From: an uncultured Verrucomicrobiae bacterium
GTDB lineage: Bacteria; Verrucomicrobiota; Verrucomicrobiia; Chthoniobacterales; UBA10450
Assembly (NCBI GenBank): GCA_963726745.1
Contig: CAVSDR010000003.1
Span: 736,001-800,000 of the forward strand
DNA length: 64,000 bases
Direction of reading: 5' to 3'
Both the position numbers and the translations under genes were made by a program. The notes under the pieces were generated by a model. It was not told the origin of the DNA, searched no databases, and saw only the letters and a program-made list of their open reading frames with translations. Below are positions 22,401 to 32,300 of this stretch, piece by piece. Positions within the stretch are counted from its first letter, which is position 1. Each line of letters opens with the position of its first letter.

Positions 22401-23277
22401 GCTGGACAAAGAGGTCCGGATTCGCGGGATCGTAATTGGGCGAATAAATCGTGCGGTAGAGTGCGTCCTGGCGCAGCGGAATGCGCACCAGCACCGCGCC
22501 GGTCTGCGCATCGACCCAAAGCTGCTCAGCGTTTTTCAAACCGACCACGTTGATCGCGTAAGCCAGCCGGCTGGAAACCGCGCGCCCCTCGAGCAACCCG
22601 AGCGGATAGACAGCGAGTTCTGATTTCTCGACCTTCGCCGAGGAGTCGCCGCCGTTCTCCTTATTCGCGACCGTGAGCGCGAGATCTTCGGCGACGTTTT
22701 TGCTCAACGCGGGCCGCACCTCGAGCGAGACTTCCGGCACGAAATCGCCGTTTACCGCGGTAATGCCTTCGTCATTCATGTGCACCACGAGCTGCGCCCC
22801 GAAGACGCGCAGCCCCTGGTAAAATTGATTCAAGCGCACGTGCGACATGCCGAGGTCGTCGCGCTCGGTCCGCGCCACTTGCAGGTCGCTCCCGGCCGCA
22901 GGAGCGCCGCCGGCGTTGAGCGCCGCGCGCTCGTTTTGGTTCAGGCCTACGAGGCCGCCGTGATTTGCGAGAAAGGCGAGTGCGCGCGCTTCCGGCTTCG
23001 CGCTGGCGTCGTCGCGCAGGAGGACCGCTTTGCCCTGCCCGCGCACGAAGTCGTAGTTCCCAGTCTTCGTCGAGACCGAGGAGACCAACGGCGCCGCGGC
23101 CACGGATTGCAAGCGCGCCAAGGCAGCCCGCGCTTCCGGAGTGCCCTCGTTGGTCGCCACCCGCGCAAGCGCGCGTCCTGAATTAGGCGACGAGATCAGC
23201 GGGCCGGCGAAGGCGGCGAGCAGTAATCCGGAACCGCAAAGCCAAAGAGTGCGAGAGAGAAGCTTTCGTGAATTCAT
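19487..23277 (-). CDS. thermolysin-like M4 metallopeptidase (propeptide, two jelly-roll/MAM-like domains, dockerin-like module); frameshift near 21371
   Basis: NAYWNG, DVVSHEWSH, SGALNESYSD and GGVHTNSG M4 motifs. DDLGMSHVRLNQFYQGLRVFG propeptide. Downstream ORF has two GWYVDxI domains and a dockerin-like end. Confidence 0.9.
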
Positions 23278-23507
23278 AGGGGTGATGAACTGCTGGCGAC
23301 CGAGGGACCGGCCGCATCGTTGGGGTTAGACGTGGGGGCGACTCCACGCGGGGGAAGACGCGGAAGGCTGCAATGGTTTCGGGCTCGGCGAATGTCTTGG
23401 ACGGGTTCAGTGACGAAAAAGTAATCCCGCGATCGCAGCCGACCTTTTCGGGAAGTTCGATTCGTTTATCAGGCGACGCTTTCCGCGCCGCCCATCCTCC
23501 CTCTCCC

Positions 23508-26500
23508 ATGAACACCCTCCGCAAACTCCCCCTCTGGAACGTCCTCCCTCTCGTGCTCGCGCTTCTCCTGGCCGGCGTGGCCGCGCTCTTTTTAGCCAGC
23601 GCTTTCGCCGGTCCGCAGGGTAACGCGACCGTGCGTGCCCGCACCGAGGAACCGCCCGGCCGCAGCGCGGAGCGGATTGTGAGTGGCATCACTTTTTCCG
23701 CCGCGCAGCAGATGCCGAAGGCGCCGCTGAGCCCGGCGTTTTTCCAGGCCGACGCCGAACCGGAAATCAAAGCCGACATTTTCGGCAACATCTACGTCAC
23801 GGCGATCAACGGCGTCCCGGGCGGGACCGATCTCTGGAAAAGCACCGACCAAGGCACGAGCTTCACCTACCTCGGGCAGCCGGATGGCTTGCAGGACAAA
23901 TGCACTCCGCCCGTGCCGCAATGCGTCGCGCTCGGCGGCGCGGATGATTCGATCGATGTCTCCAGCGGCGGCTACCTCTACGTCTCGAGCCTCTACGTTG
24001 GCAGCGTCACCATGAGCACTTCGATGGACGGCGCGACCGGCGGCGTGCAGCCGGGTCAAGCCTGGACGGTTAATCCCGTCTCGACCGGCGTGCCGGTGGA
24101 GGATCGCCAGTGGATCGCAGCCTACGGCCCGCAAACCCTCTTCATGACCGTACGCCAGGCGCCGGGGACAGGGCGGCTGCTCTTTACCAAGTCTACTGAT
24201 GCTGGCAAAACCTTCTCGCCGCCCGCGCTGCTCACGAGCGCGAATAGCACCGAGGGCAACCTGGTGGTGGATCCTTACACCGGCTTTCTCTACACGACCT
24301 TCATTCCGTCGACCGCGCTCAACCGCATCGACCTCTTGAAGTCGGTCGATGGCGGCACCACCTGGCAGACGATCACCGGCGTCTACACGGGCGCGATCGG
24401 GAGCGATCCGGCGCACAAGTTCACCATGCTCGCGGTCGATCGCGGCGGGAATCTGCACCTCGCTTTCAGCAGCCGCAGCCCCAGCACCGGGACGCATGTT
24501 TATCTCACCAGCTCGCCGTTCCATGCCACTCTTGGCGCCGGGGAAAGCGGCACCTGGAAGGCACCGGTGCAGGTCGATAGCGGGAGCGGAAACACCGTCA
24601 CGGCAGTGATGCCTTGGATCGTGGGCGGAAGCCCCGGCGTGGTTGATGTCACTTGGCTCGGCTCCGGCGGCGTCAACCCCGACACGGCCCCGTTTAACTG
24701 GCAGGTCTTCTTCGCCCAGGTCACTGGCGCGCTCAGCGCCACGCCGACGATCACGCAGTCACAAGTCACGAACGCCGCGGTGCACGACACCAATATTTGC
24801 TTCAACGGCACCGGCTGCACCGGATCGGCTAATCGCGACCTGCTCGAGTACTACAGCATGGCGCTCGATCCGGCGGGGAACGCGCTCATCGCTTTCCCCG
24901 ACAGCGTGAATAATTGCGACCCCGCCTCCTGCAAAACCAACACCTGGTTTAGCCGGCAAACTGGCGGCCCCGCGGCCTATGCCCCGCCTGCCGGCCCGGC
25001 GCCCGCCACCTTCTCCGCGAACATCGCCGTCGGCTCCCCGGGCGCGGAGCCAAGCCTGTGGGTCGACAGCTACAACTGCATCTACGTGACCGCGCCCGGG
25101 AACCCGTGGGTGTGGAAGTCGGTCAACAACGGCATGTCCTTCCTCCCGCCGACCAATCCCGTGGCCGACGAGCCAACGCTCACCGGCGGCGACGAGGACA
25201 TCATCACCCTGCCGAAAATGGACGGCACCCGGCCGGACGAAGTTTACTTTACCGACCTTGGCCTAACCTCCGATCACATCCGCAAGTCGACCGACGGCGG
25301 CGCGACCTGGACCAAACCCGGGACCGGCGGCGTCGCGGGCGACACCGGTATTTCCTCGGATCGCCAATGGCTCGCGATCGACCGCATCGGCACGGATAAA
25401 TACGTCTACGAAGTCGATCACGAACTCGCTTCCGAGATCATCCGCCTCTCCTCCTCGGCCAACGACAACGCCTGGGTGACGCAGAACGCGATGACCGATC
25501 CCGAGCTCACGACCACCGTGCCGAACACCAATCCCGGCCCGCTCTTCGTGAACCGGAACACGCACGAAATCATCGGCGTCTTCAACGCTTCCATTCCCAC
25601 GACGAACGCAGCCAATCCGCCCTTCGGAAAGTTGCTCAACATCTGGGCCTTCGTCGCGCAACCGCCGGCGGTCGCGGGCGGCGCGCCGGTGAGCTTCGCG
25701 AATTATCCGATCTTCAAGGGCGTGATCGATTCGCCTACCGGAGTGCCGGCGGCGGCGGCGACGCGCGGAACGAACAACGCGCAGATTTTCCCCGCGGGCG
25801 ACATCGATGCGGCGGGCAATATCTACGTCGCCTGGAGCATGAACAACGCGCGCACAAACGAGTTCAGCATCTGGTTCGCCAGCTCCCATGATGGCGGGAA
25901 AACCTTCTACGGACCGTTCCCGGTGAGCTCCGGCGCACTCGCGGCCGACGAGACCGCGGTGCTCCCGTGGGTGGCTGCGGGCGACAACGGCCGGGTCAAC
26001 ATCGTCTACTACAAAACCACGGCGGTCGGCGACCCGAACACCCTCCCGCGCCTGCCCGATCCGAACGCGCCTTCCTGGCAGGTGATGTTCAGCCAAACCA
26101 TGAACGGCCAAAGCCGCGAGCCGGTTTTCACCACCGTGCAGGCGAGCGACCACGTGATCCATCGCGGCGCGATCAGCACCGGCGGTTTGATCGGCAGCTC
26201 CGACCGCTCACTGCTCGATTACTTCGAGGTCAACAACGGCCCCGATGGCCTGGCGAACATCATCTTCGCCGACAACGGCGCCAGCGCCACGCACGCGGAA
26301 TTTACCCGGCAAGCCAGCGGCCCACTCGTCCGCGCGAATCCCGTCACGCGCACCTGCCTGCCCACTTCCATCGTCCCGGTGGCGGTGGTTTCCCGCCAGA
26401 CCCACGGCACGCAAGGCGTCTTCGACATTCCGATGCCGCTCGCCGGTCCCACGGGGGTGGAATGCCGGCGGCCCGATGCGGCTGGCGCCTATCATTTGGT

Positions 26501-26882
26501 CGTGACTTTCGCCAATCCCGTCACGGTCGGAAGCGCCTCGGTCACTTCCGGCACCGGCACGGTCAACAGCATTGCGGTCAACGGCGCCGTCGTCACGCTC
26601 ACCCTCACCGGCGTGCCCACGCCGCAGAAATTAGCCATCACGCTCTTCGGGGTAAACGACGGCAACACCACCGGAAACGTGATCCTGCCCTTCGGCGTTT
26701 GCCTGGGCGACACCAATGGCGACCGGACGGATAACGCCGGCGACACGGTGGAAACGCGGGGCCATTCCGGCGAACTGACCGACCAGATGAACTTCCGCAC
26801 CGATGTGAATCTCGACGGCGTGATCAACAGCGGCGACACCGTCATCGTGCGGGCGCATTCCGGCGAGAACGTCGCCCCGTAA
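23508..26882 (+). CDS. secreted protein with two Asp-box propeller domains and dockerin-like module
   Basis: Signal peptide from ATG 23508. Duplicated AEP..GGxD..DRQW units, many SxDGGxTW/F boxes, and GDTNGDRTDNAGD...DVNLDGVINSGD. Confidence 0.87.
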   Translation: MNTLRKLPLWNVLPLVLALLLAGVAALFLASAFAGPQGNATVRARTEEPPGRSAERIVSGITFSAAQQMPKAPLSPAFFQADAEPEIKADIFGNIYVTAINGVPGGTDLWKSTDQGTSFTYLGQPDGLQDKCTPPVPQCVALGGADDSIDVSSGGYLYVSSLYVGSVTMSTSMDGATGGVQPGQAWTVNPVSTGVPVEDRQWIAAYGPQTLFMTVRQAPGTGRLLFTKSTDAGKTFSPPALLTSANSTEGNLVVDPYTGFLYTTFIPSTALNRIDLLKSVDGGTTWQTITGVYTGAIGSDPAHKFTMLAVDRGGNLHLAFSSRSPSTGTHVYLTSSPFHATLGAGESGTWKAPVQVDSGSGNTVTAVMPWIVGGSPGVVDVTWLGSGGVNPDTAPFNWQVFFAQVTGALSATPTITQSQVTNAAVHDTNICFNGTGCTGSANRDLLEYYSMALDPAGNALIAFPDSVNNCDPASCKTNTWFSRQTGGPAAYAPPAGPAPATFSANIAVGSPGAEPSLWVDSYNCIYVTAPGNPWVWKSVNNGMSFLPPTNPVADEPTLTGGDEDIITLPKMDGTRPDEVYFTDLGLTSDHIRKSTDGGATWTKPGTGGVAGDTGISSDRQWLAIDRIGTDKYVYEVDHELASEIIRLSSSANDNAWVTQNAMTDPELTTTVPNTNPGPLFVNRNTHEIIGVFNASIPTTNAANPPFGKLLNIWAFVAQPPAVAGGAPVSFANYPIFKGVIDSPTGVPAAAATRGTNNAQIFPAGDIDAAGNIYVAWSMNNARTNEFSIWFASSHDGGKTFYGPFPVSSGALAADETAVLPWVAAGDNGRVNIVYYKTTAVGDPNTLPRLPDPNAPSWQVMFSQTMNGQSREPVFTTVQASDHVIHRGAISTGGLIGSSDRSLLDYFEVNNGPDGLANIIFADNGASATHAEFTRQASGPLVRANPVTRTCLPTSIVPVAVVSRQTHGTQGVFDIPMPLAGPTGVECRRPDAAGAYHLVVTFANPVTVGSASVTSGTGTVNSIAVNGAVVTLTLTGVPTPQKLAITLFGVNDGNTTGNVILPFGVCLGDTNGDRTDNAGDTVETRGHSGELTDQMNFRTDVNLDGVINSGDTVIVRAHSGENVAP

Positions 26883-26973
26883 ACAGCCGTCCGCCTGCTC
26901 GCAACCGAAGTCTCTAGGCGGCGTCGCGTATCCGCGCGGCGTCCCTGGCCTTTAACCCCAAGGAGCTCACCCC

Positions 26974-29244
26974 ATGTCTGATCTCGCTGTCTCTTCCCCG
27001 CGCCGCCGTTTCCGCTGGACCTTCGCCGCCCTTCTCGCCGCCGCCGCGCTCGTCTGTCTGGTGGCGGTCTACCGTTCCGGCGCGGCCAATCCCACCAGCG
27101 GCAGCATTTCGCCCACGTCGAATGTGCTCGCCTGGGATGGCACCGCCGCCGGCGGGACTTCGAATGGCGAAGCCACCTGCGTCGAGGGGGTAAATTGCGA
27201 CACCTACACGCTCACCGTGTCCGGCGACGCCGCCGCTTGGGCGGGCAAAAGCATCCGCGTGGTCATCTCCTGGGTGGTGCTGGCGAGCGATTACGACCTC
27301 TACGTGCACAAGGGGAGCAACGCCGGGCCGCTCGTTGGCTCGTCGACTGGCGGCGCGCCCAACACCACCGAGACGGTCGACATTTCCCCCGCGAGCCTGG
27401 ACCCGAGCGGCACGACCGTTTTCACTGTCCATGTGGTCTATTTCGCCGGCAGCGTAGGCGATCAATACCACGGCACGGCTACGGTCGTTTCCACCGGCCC
27501 GGGCGGCACGCCCACACCGACGCCGCCGCCGAAATCGCCCGATTGGACGATCAAATACCACGGCCAATGCTGCGAAGGGAACCTCGCCGCCGCGGGCAAT
27601 AACACCTTTGTTCTTCTGCCCGTGCTCGTGACCGGCAACATCATCGAGAAGAGCGCCGATGGCGGGAAAACCTGGACGCAAAAATATCCGCCCGCGCCCG
27701 CTTCCGTGCCCTTCGGCATCGAAGGCGACATGCAAGCCTTTGGGACTGATGTGATCTTCTTCGGCACCGAGTTGGGCGACGTGGTCACCGCGCACAGCGA
27801 TGACTTTGGCGAGAACTTCATCATCACTCACGTGCCGCTCGCTTCCGCCGGCAACGACCAGGCCTGGTCTTACCTCGCGCCCTTCTCCGGGATGCGTCCC
27901 GGCGGCGCTCTCCCGACTGATGAGCCGTATGTTTTAGCCGGCTGGATGCGCATCGGCACCGCGCTCATCTTTAGTTTCGACGGCGGGCTCACTTTTCCCA
28001 TCCAGACGCCACTCGTCGGCAATGACGGCAGCGGCCCGGAGCACATCGTTTGTCAGACCAACGCGCACACGCCTAACCCCGCCGCGCCGCCGGACACGCG
28101 CGTGCCGAATGCGAATTTCGCCCTGCACAAGGCCGGTCGTCACGGCACCTTCGGGACCGACCGGAAATTCTACTGGAGCGAAAGCACGCCCGACAGCCTC
28201 TACGTCTGCAGCACCGGAGACTTCGGCGTAAATTGGGCCGGCGTGAAGCATCCGCTGGGGACTTATCCCGGCTCATCCTTTGTCGTCTCGCACTCGGCCT
28301 TCGATAATAAAGGCACGCTCTATGTGCTTCATGGCAATCGTCTCTACGTGAGCTTTAACCAAGGCGAGACCTGGGCCTACACGCACACCCTTCCGCGTTA
28401 CGGGAACGCCCTGCGCTCCGATTCCGGGTCCGATCAATTCTTCGTCGTCAGCTGCGGCACGGCGCACGTGGCCCTTCTGGAAGATGCCGGCAATGGCAAC
28501 GCCCGCGTCTATTACCTGCGGGGGCGGAACGTCGATACCGCCGCGCCCACCTGGGACGTCGAACTGGTCGACGAAGTCGGCAACGTGCGCCTCGATTTCA
28601 TTCAGCTCGTGCTCGACGGCAACGGCATTCCCACGATCAGTTACACCACGCCGACCACCCAGGTGACCACGGCCAGTCGCAACTCGCCCCTGCCCGGCAC
28701 GACCGTGTGCCCGGTCATCCCGGTCAGCGCGGTCTCGCGCAAGACCCACGGCAGCGCGGGGACGTTTGACGTCAATTTGTTGACCGCGTCCACCACACCC
28801 GCGACCGAACCGCGCCGCGGCGGACCGAACGGCGACTACCAAATTGTCGTCAATTTTGCCGGCCCGATCACCATGGGCCAGGCTTCGGTCGATTCCGGCA
28901 CGGGCACGGTCAGCGGCACGAGCGTGAATGGCTCGACCGTGACGGTGAATCTCACCGGCGTGACCACACCACAGATCGTGCGCGTGAAGCTCGCGAACGT
29001 AAACGACGGCGCCACCGCCTCCGATGTCCTCATCACCCTCGGCGTCGCCACTGGCGACGTGAACAACGACGGCGTGGTCAACGTGGGCGACGCGCAGGAA
29101 GCGCGTAATCGCTCCGGCCAGACGACCGACGGCACGAATTTCCGCGACGACGTGAACCTCGACGGCGTGATCAACGGCGGCGACACGATCGTGGTCCGCG
29201 CGCGTTCCGGCGACACCATCCTGGGAACGCCGAGCGCACGCTAG
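26974..29244 (+). CDS. secreted Asp-box protein with shared N-terminal module and dockerin-like module
   Basis: AGGAG upstream, signal peptide, SADGGKTW/SDDFGENF/SFNQGETW, and GDVNNDGVVNVGD. Confidence 0.87.
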   Translation: MSDLAVSSPRRRFRWTFAALLAAAALVCLVAVYRSGAANPTSGSISPTSNVLAWDGTAAGGTSNGEATCVEGVNCDTYTLTVSGDAAAWAGKSIRVVISWVVLASDYDLYVHKGSNAGPLVGSSTGGAPNTTETVDISPASLDPSGTTVFTVHVVYFAGSVGDQYHGTATVVSTGPGGTPTPTPPPKSPDWTIKYHGQCCEGNLAAAGNNTFVLLPVLVTGNIIEKSADGGKTWTQKYPPAPASVPFGIEGDMQAFGTDVIFFGTELGDVVTAHSDDFGENFIITHVPLASAGNDQAWSYLAPFSGMRPGGALPTDEPYVLAGWMRIGTALIFSFDGGLTFPIQTPLVGNDGSGPEHIVCQTNAHTPNPAAPPDTRVPNANFALHKAGRHGTFGTDRKFYWSESTPDSLYVCSTGDFGVNWAGVKHPLGTYPGSSFVVSHSAFDNKGTLYVLHGNRLYVSFNQGETWAYTHTLPRYGNALRSDSGSDQFFVVSCGTAHVALLEDAGNGNARVYYLRGRNVDTAAPTWDVELVDEVGNVRLDFIQLVLDGNGIPTISYTTPTTQVTTASRNSPLPGTTVCPVIPVSAVSRKTHGSAGTFDVNLLTASTTPATEPRRGGPNGDYQIVVNFAGPITMGQASVDSGTGTVSGTSVNGSTVTVNLTGVTTPQIVRVKLANVNDGATASDVLITLGVATGDVNNDGVVNVGDAQEARNRSGQTTDGTNFRDDVNLDGVINGGDTIVVRARSGDTILGTPSAR

Positions 29245-29347
29245 AGGGCAGCGTTTGGCCTAACGAGTCTTCATTCCCGCGCGAGTGGCCGGCGGTTTTT
29301 TCGCGTGGCTCACAGCTTTTGGCGGCGCTTGCCTCGATTCTCTTGGC

Positions 29348-32300
29348 ATGCCGACACCTCTCCGCACTCGCGTCGCTTTCCTGTTGCTCTTCACCGCCGC
29401 CGCCGCTCACGCCGAGGTGCCGTCCCGGCCGGCGCCGGAAGGCGTTGCGCTGCCCGCGCAGCCGCAACTCATCTCGGCGGCTGATCCCAACCAGGCCTCG
29501 GCCACGGCCGGCGCGCTCCTTTCCACCAAGACGAGCGCCAGCGCGGATGGGCGCTACGTCGTTTTCGAGAGCAGCTCGGATAATGTCGTGCCCGGCCAGG
29601 TGGAGGCTAATGCATCGCTCGATGTTTTCCTGCATGATCGCAGCGCGCACACCACTGTCCTCGTGAGCCACGCTGCGGGCACGCCGCTGACCGCGGCGGA
29701 CGCCGGCTCGATGATCCCGTCGATCAGCGCCGACGGCCGCTGGGTGGTCTACTGGAGTTTTGCCGGCAACCTCGTCGCCGGCCAAATCGAGACCCATCTG
29801 CAGGAGCCAAACGTCTTCCTCTACGATCGCCTGAGCGGCGAGAATCGTCTCATCTCACACGCCGCCGGCGCGCCGCTCACGACCGCGGACTCGAACTCAT
29901 ACGATCCCGCGATCAGCGCCGATGGCCGCTTCATCGCCTTCACCAGCGCCGCCAGCAATCTCATCGCCGGGCAAACCGACGGCGGCGCCTCCGCGAGTAT
30001 CTTTTATTGGGATCGACTAGCCGACACGATGACGCTGGTGACGCATGCAGCCGGGACCGACACGACCACCGCCAACGGCCTTTCCTTCACCCCGCTGCCG
30101 ACGGCCGATGGGAGCTGGCTCGCCTTCCTGAGCACGGCCTCGAACCTGGTCCCGGGACAAACTGAGGACGCGAAGCGGCTGGATCTTTTTCTTTGGAACC
30201 GCGCCAGCGGCCAGACCGTGATCGTGAATCACGCGGCCGACTCCAGCACCACCGTGGGGAATGGCGCCGCGGGCTCGCCGGCCTTGAGCGCGGATGGACG
30301 ATTCATCGTCTACCAAAGCGCCGCGACCAATTTGGTGCCGAACCAGGTCGACCCGAATCAAAGCGCGCAGGACGTCTTCCTCTACGATCGGAACACGGGC
30401 GCGAATACCCTCGTGAGTCACATCCAGGGAAACGCCCTTACCACCGGCAACGTCACCTCGCTTTATCCCACGATCAGCGCCGATGGACGCTTCGTGAGCT
30501 ACCAGAGCGCGGCCGCAAATTTAAGCAGCACCTCGGACGTGAATAACGCCGAGGATGTCTTCCTCTGGGACCGCACGACCGACAGCAGCCAGCTGCTCAC
30601 ACGCAATCCCGGCGGGAGCGCAGCCAACGCCAAAAGCTTCGGCAGCCGCCTGGCCGCGGATGGAAACACGGTCGTTTTTTCGACCTACGCGACCGATCTC
30701 GTCCCGGGGCAAAACAGCCCGTCGAGCGGCGACGTGTTTCTTTACGACCGGCTCCTCGGCACGCTGCAGTTGATGAGCCATCGACCGGGCTCGGCCAGCC
30801 TCGGCGGCGATGGCCAATCGTTCCTGCCGCTGCCGAGTGCCGATGGCAGCGTGGTCGTGTTCAATACCCAGGCGAGCAACCTGGTGCCGCAGGACACCAA
30901 TGGATCAGCGGATGTTCTCTTCTACGAACGCGCGAGCAGCGTGCTCACCGCCGCGTCCGCCGTCGCTGGCGGGACCGCATCCCTCACTGCGAACGGCAAC
31001 AGTGGCAATGGCCGCGCGAGCGCCGACGGCCGCTTCATCGTTTTCGCGAGCGATGCGACTAACCTCCTGCCCGGGCAATCGGACACGAACAACGCCAACG
31101 ACATCTTCCTGCGCGACCGGCAGACCGGAGCGCTCGCGCTCGTGAGCCATGCCGCGGGCGCGGCCGCGCAAACTGGCGACAGCAATTCCTACGCGCCGGC
31201 GATAAGCGCGGATGGCCGCTGGATTTCCTACTCCAGCCGCGCAACCAACCTGGTCGACGGCGTGCTCGATACGAACGGCGTCGCCGATGTATTTCTCTAC
31301 GATCGCGAGAGCAACACCAGCCGCCTCTTGAGCCGCAACAGCCTCGTGCCCACGCTCGCGGCGGACGATTATTCCGAGACCGCAGTCGTGAGCCCGGACG
31401 GCCGCTTCGTGGTCTTCGCGAGCGACGCCACCGACCTCGTGACCGCGCAATCCGATGCCAACAACGGACGCGATGTCTTCCTCTTCGACCGGCAAAGCGG
31501 GAGCACGCGCCTGGTTAGCCATGCCTCCGGGGCGGCACTCCTGACCGCGAGCGATTATTCCTTCGCGCCCTCGATCTCGAGCAACGGCAACTTCGTCGCC
31601 TTCTACAGCGCGGCGCTCAATCTCGCGCCTGGCCAGGATAACAACCTCAACAGCGTGCAGCATCTTTTCCTCTACGATCGCAACGCCGACAGTTGCCGCC
31701 TGGTCGACGCGCAAAGCGACACCCCCGCGCGCACCAGTGATGGGAACACCGGCAGCACCGTCGCCGACGACCCGGCGATCTTCAGCGCGGACGATCGCAC
31801 GCTCGCATTTGTCAGCAGCTCGACCAACCTCGTCCCTGGCCAAAGCGACACCAACGGCCGCGATGATGTTTTCCTGTTCGATCGCGTCTCCGGCCAGACC
31901 ACGCTCGTGAGCCACGCCGCCGCCAGCGCCACGGCTACGGGCGACGGTTACGCCTACAGCCCCACCGTGAGCGCGGAAGCCCGTTTCGTCGCCTATCGCA
32001 GCGCGGCCACCAACCTCGTCGCCGGCCAGGTGGATGCGAACAGCTTCCAGGATGTCTTCCTGTGGGATCGGCTGAACGGCCAGACACGACTCGTTAGTCA
32101 TGCGCTCGGCCAGCCGGCCACTGCGGGGAATGGTTTCTCGTTCGATTCCCCGCGCACCGGCACGCCCACGCTCAGCCCGGATGGACGCTTCGTTGCCTTC
32201 GTTAGCTCCTCGAGCGACCTCGTCGCGGGGCAAAATGATCGCTTCGGCTTCAGCGGCGATCTCTTCCTCTACGAGACGAGCAGCGGGCAAAACATCCTCG

